64,000 bases of DNA, from positions 288,001-352,000 of the forward strand of contig CAVSLC010000013.1 in the NCBI GenBank assembly GCA_963728565.1. The letters run 5' to 3'. Below the pieces are notes generated by a model, which worked only from the letters and a program-made list of their open reading frames with translations, ran no database searches and had not been told where the DNA came from. Origin of the DNA: an uncultured delta proteobacterium (lineage in GTDB: Bacteria; Desulfobacterota; Binatia; UBA9968). Below are positions 19,856 to 29,620 of this stretch, piece after piece. Position 1 is the first letter of the stretch. Every line of letters starts with the position of its first letter. A program made the translations under genes and the position numbers.

Positions 19856-20953
19856 TCAAACGATAATGCTGATAGCGGATCGGTCGATCAAGAGAAAGGT
19901 CTTGCCGCGCTCTCCATCCACGTTGATCATGGGACACAACTTATGCGAGGTAACCACCAGCTCCCGTGAGCCGAGTTGAATATGATGATCGGTAAGACCG
20001 CCGCGAGATTCTCGACTGGTCATTTGTCCTTGGAGCATATTATCGCTCCCGGCTGCAAAAGCTTCATGACTCAAGCGGATCTCGCTGGTGCGGATAACCA
20101 CCTGACAAGCTTGCCCCGGTACCACCCGCGGGACCGCCGGAGACCGCAGCGTGGCTCCGTCGAACTCGGCGATCGTTACCAAGCAATTTGCCCCATCGAC
20201 CTCGACGATTTTACCTTCAACCAAGGTCGAGTGGCCAATAAAGGACGCGACAAACTTATGAGCCGGACGGTTATAGATTTCGTCGGGAGATCCATATTGG
20301 AGAATCTTGCCACTTTCCATGACGATAACTGAATCCGAGATGGTGAAAGCCTCCTCCTGATCATGGGTGACATAGAGCGCGCTGATACCGACCTTCTTGA
20401 TTAGCTTTTTAAGCTCGCTACGCATCTCTTCGCGCAGTTTGGCGTCGAGATTGCTCAGCGGCTCGTCGAGCAAGATGAGTCGCGGCTCCAGCGCTAAACT
20501 TCGCGCCAATGCTACGCGTTGCTGTTGGCCGCCGCTCAGCTGGGAAGGATAGCGTTCCTCCTTACCCTGTAAACCGACCAGCTCAAGGGCATTGAAAACC
20601 TTGCGTCGAACCTCGTCTGCCGGCAGCTTTCGTAGCTTCAGACCAAACGCAACGTTCTTGAACACGGTCATGTGCGGCCAAAGCGCGTAATTCTGAAAAA
20701 CGAAACCAATCTCCCTGGCATAAGGCGGGACAAGGATACCCTGCTCAATCGACGTCTGAACCTGATCGGCGATGGAGATGGAACCTCCATCGGGAACCTC
20801 GAGTCCGGCAATAGATCTCAGTAAGGTGGTTTTCCCGCACCCAGAAGGTCCGAGAAAGGAAAGAATGCCGTGGTCAAATTCAAAGCTCACGTCGTCGAGA
20901 GCCTGAACCTCACTGAACCGCTTACGCAATCGTTCGATCTTTAAGATAGCCAT
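19856..20953 (-). CDS. ABC transporter ATP-binding protein (FbpC/PotA type)
   Basis: [33 protein letters not shown]-like C-terminus. Confidence 0.95.
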   Translation of the reverse strand: MAILKIERLRKRFSEVQALDDVSFEFDHGILSFLGPSGCGKTTLLRSIAGLEVPDGGSISIADQVQTSIEQGILVPPYAREIGFVFQNYALWPHMTVFKNVAFGLKLRKLPADEVRRKVFNALELVGLQGKEERYPSQLSGGQQQRVALARSLALEPRLILLDEPLSNLDAKLREEMRSELKKLIKKVGISALYVTHDQEEAFTISDSVIVMESGKILQYGSPDEIYNRPAHKFVASFIGHSTLVEGKIVEVDGANCLVTIAEFDGATLRSPAVPRVVPGQACQVVIRTSEIRLSHEAFAAGSDNMLQGQMTSRESRGGLTDHHIQLGSRELVVTSHKLCPMINVDGERGKTFLLIDRSAISIIV

Positions 20954-21446
20954 GGCTTGCGGGCAAAAAGCTCGAGCACAAACAATGTCAACACCGACCC
21001 CTTATCTGCTTCAGTGTAAGTTCTGGTTGAAGGTAGTACAGGCAAATTCACACTCTCTGCTCATCGCGTCCCGACCGATCTTGGTTGTTTAACTGCCTGG
21101 GGGTGCGTCACCGAATTCGACACCAGGATGATGATACACCGTTCTTGCCCCCGGCCGATAAGCCGCCAGCGACGAACTGAAATTCTTCTACTCTAAAGGC
21201 GATGGAAATGGAAACCAAATCGTGGGAGCGAATCCAACATCCGGACCAACAACAACCATGCGAAACCGTAGCAGACGAGTTGCTGGGGAATTCTTTTCTG
21301 ACTTGAAGCTATCAGCGCCAATTTGAAGTCGCTGCGAGCGCCAGATTCTGCTGCTTTCCTATCCCTTGCCAAAAATAAATCCTGTGATACATAACCGTCC
21401 GTTTTTGGTTCGGAGATGCTTAAATGGAGATACTCACCTAATCAAG

Positions 21447-21671
21447 ATGCGGAATTTTTTATCGAAATTCAGGGAAGACCTATTGCCTGTTTCTCTTTTA
21501 ATGCTTTTTTTTCTGGGCCTTTACCTGTTCCTGGCTGCATTCTTAATCACCACGTTCCAAGGAGACTACGTCACCAGTTCGGCAACCCCGCCCGCGTGCG
21601 ATCCTCCCGACGCTCTCTTGAGGAGGACGCCGCGCTCTAAGGTGACAGCTCCGCGAGCGCTCTGCACATAG
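21447..21671 (+). CDS. Small single-pass membrane protein (74 aa)
   Basis: MRNFLSKFREDLLPVSLLMLFFLGLYLFLAAFLITTF one strong TM helix; no clear RBS. Confidence 0.5.
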   Translation: MRNFLSKFREDLLPVSLLMLFFLGLYLFLAAFLITTFQGDYVTSSATPPACDPPDALLRRTPRSKVTAPRALCT

Positions 21672-21755
21672 TTGCAGGGCGCTTAGCCGCTGACTCATGT
21701 CAAGGGAGCGACCTGTTATTTAATCCCTAGAAATTTTCAATGTCGGAGGTGCGAC

Positions 21756-21833
21756 ATGGTAATAGACTCGGTACTAAGAATATCGATGTTTCTTGGAATA
21801 CTTGCGTCGCTGATGCTATGGCTTTTTCTGTAG
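21756..21833 (+). CDS. 25-aa hydrophobic small protein (not in ORF track)
   Basis: GGAGGT RBS 5 nt before ATG; MVIDSVLRISMFLGILASLMLWLFL*. Confidence 0.6.
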   Translation: MVIDSVLRISMFLGILASLMLWLFL

Positions 21834-21912
21834 TTGCGCGGGACTAGGAACGTCTATTGTAAACTTCTATGGGGGCTATTGAATAATCCTTGGAGGCCGG
21901 TACATTGGGAGC

Positions 21913-22056
21913 ATGGATTCTATCGACCTGATGTTGGCAGTTTTAGGAGCTGTGTCGGCCGGATTTGGTGTTGTTCTCATGATTCATGAGTGGCGAAAAC
22001 TCGACTCTTTCAGGCGTCGTCTCACTCCATCCAATAAAATCATTCTTCGTGAGTAA
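21913..22056 (+). CDS. 47-aa single-pass small protein (not in ORF track)
   Basis: MDSIDLMLAVLGAVSAGFGVVLMIHEWRKLDSFRRRLTPSNKIILRE*; TM then basic tail; TTGAAT-16-TACATT ends 6 nt before ATG. Confidence 0.6.
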   Translation: MDSIDLMLAVLGAVSAGFGVVLMIHEWRKLDSFRRRLTPSNKIILRE

Positions 22057-22341
22057 CATCCACGGCGAAACACCTCAGCTTCACCGAATCAGCAGCTCCG
22101 CACTCGCTTACTAAACTTGGATCCCTTGTTCGATGGTGCCGCTTAATAGTGAATGCACTCGGGTTATCTAGCATTCAATAGCGGTGAGCCTCGAGATTAG
22201 AGTAGAACAGTTAGAGCGACGGCTCATAAGGGGCTAGTGCAGCCGCTTTGCATTCTAGGCTGGCATTTCATAGCTTTGCTGCCATCGGCATAGCTGCGGT
22301 TGAACAGCTTGGACTCGGGTCAAAGATTTAGTGGGCCCGAG

Positions 22342-23163
22342 TTAGTCAGCGACCTTGATAACTTTTGACTTCTTCAAGGCCTTCCAGTCCTGATCTTTTT
22401 CGAGCAGCTCCACCGGGAACTGTCGCTGGATCCTCTCAAAGACAATTCCTTTCTTGGCATCGTAAGTAGCATGGACCAGCAGCGCTGATGTCCAACCACC
22501 TTCCTTTAGCCTTCTTAGTCGCAATAATTCGGTAAATGAGCCGTTGCGCGCGAATATGGAGATATTGTATCGAATGTACTCTTCCTTGGGATCGATGGGG
22601 TACACGCCTAAGGGTTGCCACAAGTCTCGAGATAGAAAGTCGATTGTTCCGAAGGTTCGTGTACCAACGAGAAGGCTGGGAGAGCCGGATTTTATCGCGG
22701 AGTCTACGGCATTCAAATCAGTGATGTTCAACCGAATATCAAATACCGGATATTTTCCTTTTTGCACGAGGTGCGCCATAAGGCCCTCGGGTATCGGACC
22801 CATATCTACAAAGCAGAAACTGTCCCCTCCGGTAGCCTCGTTGACGGTGTCCTTGGTTACAGCCGCCAAACCCTTGATGCTTTCCACAGTCGCTTCGAAA
22901 GCCTTTTGATTTTCACTGATAGAATTCGTGATGCTGTCGGCTATCGATTTGAAAGCTTCTCTTTCCGCTTGACGAGCATGTGCCTGCTCCTTGTCAAGCT
23001 CGACTCTGGAGGTATGCAAACTGTGTATTTCCGCAGCAATTAACAGAAGGCAAATGCTCGACAGGAGGGCTTGAATCCAGCGTTTCCCTGGCGGCCAAAG
23101 AGCCACCAAAATTGCGACGATTGCAAGTGCGACGATGTATGTTCCAGGCGGAGGCGAATACAC
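22342..23163 (-). CDS. Hypothetical membrane-anchored protein (2 TM + coiled coil + globular domain)
   Basis: 273-aa ORF with protein-like composition, next to att site. Confidence 0.7.
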   Translation of the reverse strand: MYSPPPGTYIVALAIVAILVALWPPGKRWIQALLSSICLLLIAAEIHSLHTSRVELDKEQAHARQAEREAFKSIADSITNSISENQKAFEATVESIKGLAAVTKDTVNEATGGDSFCFVDMGPIPEGLMAHLVQKGKYPVFDIRLNITDLNAVDSAIKSGSPSLLVGTRTFGTIDFLSRDLWQPLGVYPIDPKEEYIRYNISIFARNGSFTELLRLRRLKEGGWTSALLVHATYDAKKGIVFERIQRQFPVELLEKDQDWKALKKSKVIKVAD

Positions 23164-23287
23164 GGTGCTTTTTAAACCACTCGCGCCATCGATCGCGACT
23201 CATAGGGGTATAAAAACTTGTCGGACCATAGTTGGTCAGAATAGATTATCGATCTAAGGGTGAGATGCTTAATGCTAATCGAGGATT

Positions 23288-23330
23288 TGGCGCGCCCGGA
23301 GGGATTTGAATCCCAACCCCCAAATTCATA
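23288..23330 (-). repeat. att-like direct repeat of the tRNA-Arg 3' half
   Basis: TGGCGCGCCCGGAGGGATTTGAA identical to 24368-24390, continuing with few mismatches to the anticodon loop. Confidence 0.9.
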
Positions 23331-23639
23331 ATTCATTCCAAGGCAGAATCACAAAGAACGAGCTGAAAAACAAGGGGCAGATTCCGGTTCTCGGGCTGGC
23401 CGTTCTCTCTGTCTTCCAGCTCACTTACGTAATTGTAGACGCCTCATGAGGCCTATACTCAGGCTTCCAGCAAGGCCGGCAGATGGCCCGTGATCGTGCC
23501 GAAGATGGAATCGTAAGACACGGCATGGGAGGTTCGGACGCTCCTATTATCCATCAGACCGAATGCGCCGGCGCTGCATTCAATTCAGCACTCCCGGTCA
23601 GTGCCTTGGGCTTCACGTTCCGGTTAAACTTCGAAACCT

Positions 23640-23830
23640 TTTTATCAGAGAGGAGTGTGACTTTGCAGATAATTTTCCTCTGGATCGAAAAATAAACCGA
23701 TCTCCCTGTGACTCGCGAACATGTTCCTCGTACATGATTTTAACGCCGGATTTCTTCAGGTCGGCTACGACCGTTGTGACATCCTTGGGCAACTCCAATG
23801 ATAGATGGGAAACTCCCGACGCTAGCAGTT
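23640..23830 (-). pseudogene. VOC/glyoxalase family fragment
   Basis: GVSHLSLEL..VVADLKKSGVKI, then with frameshifts RSVYF-DPEENYLQ (VOC C-terminal motif). Confidence 0.55.
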
Positions 23831-24190
23831 GTCGGACAAAAACGACGCATCAACAATGGGTGATCGAGTTCAGTAGAGAACAGATTGGCTCTCAATATCC
23901 AACCAACGTTGACTGGACGGAAAGGCTCACGAGGATATGAGCTTTCGGACGATGCCAACAAATCTGGAATGATTGCGCTTGGCGCGAATTCATTCCGGGG
24001 GATCCGGACACTGGCTTACGATTTCGCTCTTCCCTGACAGTATTTTCTTTCCTTAAGCGACGAGACTAAATTACCCAACGATCAGAATCCAGGGCAATCT
24101 AAATTCCTTGATTGAAGAGAAGGGAGTTCCGGCGCTCATAGAATACGGAATTTCGCACTGGCGTTCGGAGGGCTACTCGCCGGGTTGTCG

Positions 24191-24323
24191 CGCTTAGGTC
24201 ATTCTTCGATCAAGGTGACGGGTTGATACTAACGTTCACTTAGTTCCGGGTGGAAATCGTCAAGCAGTGGACAAGCTCGCTCAGCGGCTAACCATTATGG
24301 AGAAGACGGAAGCAACGGCCTGA
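24191..24323 (+). pseudogene. Tyrosine integrase C-terminal remnant
   Basis: RLGHSSIKVT/VDTNVHLVPGGNRQAVDKL*; box II LGH motif, catalytic Tyr position reads Asn; converges on tRNA 3' end. Confidence 0.8.
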
Positions 24324-24367
24324 TTCACGGCACAGTGGCAACAATTGGAGAAAAGGCTAGATCGTAA

Positions 24368-24444
24368 TGGCGCGCCCGGAGGGATTTGAACCCCCAACCC
24401 CCAGATTCGTAGTCTGGTGCTCTGTCCAATTGAGCTACGGGCGC
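24368..24444 (-). tRNA. tRNA-Arg (ACG)
   Basis: GCGCCCG acceptor, CCAGA-CT-ACG-AA-TCTGG anticodon arm, GTTCAAATC, encoded CCA, 77 nt. Confidence 0.97.
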
Positions 24445-24725
24445 TTGGCAAACCACACTGACTTCACGAGCACATCGGGAATCCTGGAACAGTATACGAA
24501 TCGATCCTCTCAGGCTGAGATCCGACGCTTATTGCCGGAAGAGAGAAATTAGCATAGCGAATATCGCTTTTCTAGGCATGATCACGTCTCACGTGTGCCT
24601 GAGAGACAGCTTGGAAGTGTTGTCGAGCCGGATCCCCTATCTGCGTTGAGATGCATTCGATCAGCCCCTGCTTGAGAGCTTTTAATGCATTACGTTTAGG
24701 CTGCGGATTGGGTAAAGCAAAGGAC

Positions 24726-24754
24726 TTGACGCCCATTTATCTAATGGATAAACA
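24726..24754 (+). promoter_or_regulatory. sigma70-like promoter with overlapping palindromes
   Basis: TTGACG-17-TAAACA; CCATT-N5-AATGG and TTTATC-N5-GATAAA in the spacer. Confidence 0.5.
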
Positions 24755-24780
24755 GAGCTGACAGGATTGGAGGATTAATC

Positions 24781-25281
24781 ATGCCAGCTACCCTCGAGTC
24801 ATTTGCTTTTGAGTGCCGTCAAATTCTTAAAGCGGATCCCGGGCCGGCGGGCCGGGAACAGGTACGCCAACTCGTTCAACAGATTCTTAAAGATGAAACG
24901 TTCGTCACGACCTACATCAACGACAACACACCCGATCGTCAGGTGATTTACGAGGATCCGGAACTCGGTTTCTGCATCTGCGCCCACATGAACCGGGGCG
25001 CTAAAGAAGCAAATCCTCACGATCACGGCAGTTCCTGGGCGATATACGGCCAGGCATTTGGGGAAACGGAGATGAGCGAGTGGGAAATCGTTGAGCCTGC
25101 TAGCGAAGCCAAGCCCGGCAAAGTGCGCCGTACGAAAGTTTACTCTCTCAAACCCGGGATGGCGCACCTTTATAACGAGAGCGAAGTGCATTCACCCAAG
25201 CGAGTTACCGCAACCGGGCTCATTCGCATCGAGGGAACCGATACCCAGAAGTTGAAGCGATTGCCCTATAAGGCGATTTGA
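24781..25281 (+). CDS. Cysteine-dioxygenase-like cupin protein
   Basis: GGAGGA RBS; PHDHGSSWAIYGQ..GET.M, LKPGMA..EVHSP three-His cupin. Confidence 0.8.
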   Translation: MPATLESFAFECRQILKADPGPAGREQVRQLVQQILKDETFVTTYINDNTPDRQVIYEDPELGFCICAHMNRGAKEANPHDHGSSWAIYGQAFGETEMSEWEIVEPASEAKPGKVRRTKVYSLKPGMAHLYNESEVHSPKRVTATGLIRIEGTDTQKLKRLPYKAI

Positions 25282-27853
25282 TTAAGAGATTCGATCAGTC
25301 TGGGACTTAGTACACTCGCAGACAATCTCACGCGCATCTTTATCGTCACGCAAGCCAACAAACTTGGCTGCTCGAAGATGCTTATCCGGAGTCCATTCAA
25401 CAAATTCAACTTGGGCGATCAACTGCGGCTTCAGCCAAACGCAATTTTTCATCTCCTCACGTGTTAACGCCCACTGAGTGCGTCTTTTCTCAGGCAGGTT
25501 GGCAAATGGGCAAGAGTTCTCCTCTAAGCCGGCAAACTTTTGAGCGATCTCGCGTCTCACACGGGGCACAAACCCATTTCTTACCTTGGCAGCGTACAAC
25601 AAGCTGTCACCTTCATAGTAGCCGACAATGAGCGCGTCGAACGGATTACCTGGTGTGTATCCTCCGATGACGAAAGGTTGAACCTTGTTTATCTTGTACT
25701 TGAGCCAAGACCGACTCCGCTTTCCGGCTTGATAGAGCGAGTCTTTCCTTTTGGCAATAATGCCCTCCAGCGATAAGTCCTTTGCCGCGGCAACGATCTC
25801 GTGCGGTGAGCCGTCGATGCTTTCCGACATCCTTATAGGATCGGCAATGTTTTCCAACAAGATGCCCAGCAACTCACGCCTTTTCTCGAGGGCAACGCCC
25901 ATAAGATTTTTATTCCCCTGGGCTAGAAGGTCGAACACATAGAAATGGATCTGTTTGGCGGTGAAGCGAAAATTCTGCAGAAGATTGAATGACGGTCTAC
26001 CGTTATTATCGAGCGCCACTATTTCGCCATCGAGGATCATTCCCGGTTCTACGCTTTCGAGGGCTTTTACGATGGTCGGAAAACGCGAATTCAGCAAATT
26101 CTTCTTTCGCGAGTACAGCTTTACGCCGCTTTCATCGCGCAGGGCCAGGCAACGATAGCCGTCAAGCTTTATTTCATAACTCCATACGGTCAGAATCCTC
26201 CGGCAACTCGTCGACGGTCTCGGACAGCATCGGCTCGATGAACCTGATGCGTATCTCGGGCAACTCGATAGCCGAAATCCCGTCGCCGTTAGTTCGTCGC
26301 GATCTTCTTTGCCGCAGTTCTGTTGCTGTGCCAGACGGCGTCCTCCGCTTTGGCAATCTGAGCCAAGACTTCGGCCGGTCAATGCCGAAGAATTGTCTCT
26401 CTTTTCAGAGATGCGCTTCATTGCAGAGGCGGCTTTTATAAGATACCACACATTGCCTTTACCATTGCGGTCATTCCCTTTCACAAGCACCCATTCGCCT
26501 CTGAGCTTCTTGCCGTTTAGAAGAACATGAATTTTTCCTTTCCAAAAATTTCCATCAATGAGCTCGTAAGTTCCAATGTCCCAGACCATCACGGTCCCGC
26601 CGCCGTATTCTCCTGCGGGAATAATCCCTTCAAAGTTGGCGTACTCCATCGGGTGATCTTCCGTCGCCATTGCCAACCTTCGTTCGTGTAGATCATAGGG
26701 CGGCCCCTTGGGGACCGCCCACGATTTCAAAGTGCCGCCCATTTCCGAGTCGGAAATCATAATGAAGGTGACTGGCGGCATGCTTTTGTATGACAAACAG
26801 ACGGCGTCCTCCTTGATCGCTAGTCGTAGGAACAGAAGGCGCCGGTTCCCGGGTCTTAGTGAAGTCTCGTTTGCGACGATAGGGTTCAAGGGCCGCCAGG
26901 CCGGAGTCACCCGGATCACTCAAAACCTGGGGATTGAGCTGCAAGAATGGTTTTGGCAAGGTTTGCTTCAAGCGCAACGACGGCGCAAACAAATCGCCGA
27001 TCTTTTCCAATCTCTTCAATGCCGCCTCTGGTTCAAAAAATAATTTAGAAGCGTCATTTTTATTCAGCGCCGTTTCCAATTCGCGCCAACTTACCGGCAT
27101 AGCGACGAACGGCCTCTCCGCCTTGGCTCTCAAGGAATACACCGCGACTGTCGACTTATGCTCTGAGTTTTGGCTCCAATCGATGAAAACTTTTCCCATG
27201 CGCTTGTGCTTAGCCATCTCCGACACGATCGATTTAGGGTGCTCACTGGCAAGATACTGGGCGACGCTTTGGGCAAACGCCTGCGTCATCTCGTAAGTAA
27301 CATCTGTATTCAGAGGAACGTGGACGTGAATACCTTTGGACCCGGAAACCTTGAGCAAGGATTCGAGTGCCAACCGTTCGAGCAGGTCTCTCAATACAAA
27401 TGCCACCTCGCAGGATTGGACGAGGCTTGCTCCCTCTCCAGGATCAAGATCGAAAACTACCATCGTCGGAACATTGATCTGAGGTGCTTTAGCCAGAAAG
27501 GGGTGGATCTCGAGGTTGGCCAAATTTGCCGACCATACCAGCGTCGGCAGGTCGTTGATCAGGATGTAATTGATCATCGACTCGCTGGAGCTGCGCTGTA
27601 CGCGGTAAGTCTTTATCCAAGCGGGCGTATAAGATGGGGCGTTTTTTTCGTAGAAATGCTTGCCTCTAATGCCATTCGGATAGCGCTTAAGCGTAATCGG
27701 TCGATTTTCGATGTGAGGCAGTATGTAGGGTGCGACCCGGCTATAGAAATCGATTACCTGACCCTTAGTAAAGCCGGTTTCGGGATAAAGTACTTTGTCA
27801 ATGTTCGAAAGAGCGAGTTTTTTGTTGCCGATTTTGACGGACAGCGAAGCCAC
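25282..27853 (-). CDS. ligD: NHEJ DNA ligase D, POL-PE-LIG order (four +1 frameshifts)
   Basis: POL: LKRYPNG, FDLDPG, SGSKGIH, IDWSQN; PE: VIQKHAASHLHYDFRL, KSWAVPKGP, EDHP; LIG: EIKLDGYR, DGEIV, EGIIAKR, WLKYK; joins to ~855 aa on removing a duplicated G/C at ~26745, 26363, 26312, 26188. Confidence 0.9.
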
Positions 27854-27859
27854 CAGGAA

Positions 27860-27887
27860 ATTCTACCGCGCCATTGGGCAGATGCAA
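27860..27887 (-). promoter_or_regulatory. sigma70-like promoter giving probable leaderless ligD mRNA
   Basis: TTGCAT-16-TAGAAT ending 6 nt before GTG 27853, no SD. Confidence 0.5.
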
Positions 27888-27969
27888 TTGCAATCTCTTG
27901 CAAAACTCTGTTGGCGCGCACTGAAGGGCCCGCCCTCACTGAGGGCAAGCCTTTTACCGATCGCGCGCC

Positions 27970-28732
27970 TTATGAATGATTTCGAATCGCCAGTATCAGC
28001 TGCTCCCGATTCAACGCGGAAGCTTGGATATTTAACTCACGGGCTTTGTCATTGAGCTGTTGGTCGGTAAGTTTATCGAGGTCATCAGCGTTGTCTCATC
28101 GCCAGGCTCTTTCTTAGTTTCGCGCCCCGTAGTCCAGGAAGGTGGATCGCTGGCCGGAAAAGAGTCGGCCAATGCATCGTCGATCTCCGGCTCCAAGCTT
28201 GTCTCCCGGTTCGCGCTACCGCCGCGAGTTTCTTCTACAGCCGATTCCTGTGCCGCCCTGGCGGGCGTAAACGGTTTGTTCTCCTCGTCTCGTTTAGACG
28301 CTTCTCCCATCTTCGCCGGCCCCAAAGCTGCGACCAGCCTATTCCACAGCTGATACGGTATCTCCGCCTTCGGCGCATAGTAATTCATCTCTGTAGCCTT
28401 GATGTCGGCGGTTGCGGCAAATGGCACCGGGGCCGGAATCCGCATGTCTAGGTAAACTGCGCCTTGCTTTAATTTGGTCCCAGCCGGAGCGATCGGAATT
28501 TGCGACAACTCGTCGCGCGTAAACTCACCCAAGCGTCCGGCAAGAGCGTCGATATCGGCGGCAGTGCGCGCGCCGGAATCGTTGCGTTTTGAAGAAGCGT
28601 CCAATATTCTGTCCCTCCATCCGCTCAGGATTCAAATCGTCTCTCCACTCAGCTGGATGCTTTTCCTAGTTCTTGCGGTTTAGGTGATCCGGCTTTCTGT
28701 TTCGTTTTTTTCTCGCTCTTGTTTGTTGCCAT
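27970..28732 (-). CDS. Conserved hypothetical protein with SFPASDPP motif and Rho_N-like C-terminus (about three frameshifts)
   Basis: AGGAG RBS + ATG 28732; reconstructed KHPAEWRDDLNPERMEGQNIG..RTAADI..LKQGAVYLD..YQLWNRL..DSFPASDPPSW..LDKLTDQQLNDKARELNIQASALNREQLILAIR*. Confidence 0.7.
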
Positions 28733-29221
28733 GCACTGCTCCTGCGAAGTTAATTTGTTTGTGCTAAGCACGCTCTGGCGCGCAGATTTAGTCGCCAAAG
28801 ACGCATTGCTAAAATGACATTCAACCTGTGAGACCATGCGCGCTAGCGCCTAGAGGTAGAGTTCCGCTAATCACGAACCCACGAATTTTTTGTCCAATTC
28901 TGCTCATCCGCCTCTGCATCTTTGCGCAAGTTGTTTTTGAAATAAATAACTACATGAGAATTGTTCTTGTCGTTCTTGCATGATGGACACACCTCCATAG
29001 TCGCTCTAAATCGCAACGGATGTGCCACCCCGCGACCGTACCCAACGGCGCATGCACGAGATCCGTGTTCCATTTCTGCGAAACAGATCCGATCCTGTGA
29101 TCCATTTTCAAAACTGCCTATATTACCTGGCCGAGCCAGGATTCGAACGATAGACTCGACGCTTATTTACTGATAGTTAGCAGTCAGCGGACCTTTTTTG
29201 CTGCGGAACGGAGGGACTGAG

Positions 29222-29581
29222 ATGATTTTATCAAGAAACGCGGACGTGAAATCGCTCGTCGTCAAATCGATCGAGGGCAAGCAGATGAACGGTGATTTGC
29301 TAGTTAAGCCGCTTATCAAAGGCGATGAAATGACACTCCTGGAAATTCACTATACACCTGGTGTCGGAGCGCCTCTACATGTTCACGAACACGAATCCTT
29401 GGCCTACGTTGTAAAAGGCAAGGTCAAGATGACGGTTGGCAAAGAAACCTACATTCTCGGGCCAGGCGATGTTTGCCGGCATCCTCAGGGCGTACCGCAC
29501 GGCGTCGAAGGGATCGACGAATCCATTGTCGTTGAAATCAAATCCCCGGCTCCTGAAATTTCTACCTTCTTGGGGATGTAA
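29222..29581 (+). CDS. Cupin domain protein
   Basis: PLHVHEHE..YVVKG, LGPGD..HPQGVPHG; GGAGGG RBS. Confidence 0.9.
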   Translation: MILSRNADVKSLVVKSIEGKQMNGDLLVKPLIKGDEMTLLEIHYTPGVGAPLHVHEHESLAYVVKGKVKMTVGKETYILGPGDVCRHPQGVPHGVEGIDESIVVEIKSPAPEISTFLGM

Positions 29582-29620
29582 CCGCTCGAACACAACAGCA
29601 CGTTGCGCAGGAGAACAGAT

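Larger units (their letters stand above)
23288..24410. mobile_element. Collapsed integrative-element remnant at tRNA-Arg
   Basis: Flanked by tRNA 3'-end duplication; contains integrase C-terminal remnant and a decayed cargo gene. Confidence 0.8.

Noticed and set aside
21099-21125. GGGGGTG...ATTCGAC resembling a tmRNA 5' end
   Set aside because: No matching tRNA-like 3' end (T arm + CCA) or tag ORF within the next few hundred nt; the G run pairs locally instead
24367-24552. 61-aa ORF MARPEGFEPPT...
   Set aside because: Antisense translation of tRNA-Arg
27170-27979. 269-aa plus-strand ORF
   Set aside because: Antisense to the LigD polymerase domain; not Ku
28867-29073. 68-aa ORF with CPSC
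   Set aside because: No RBS or recognisable family; may be a fragment but unsupported
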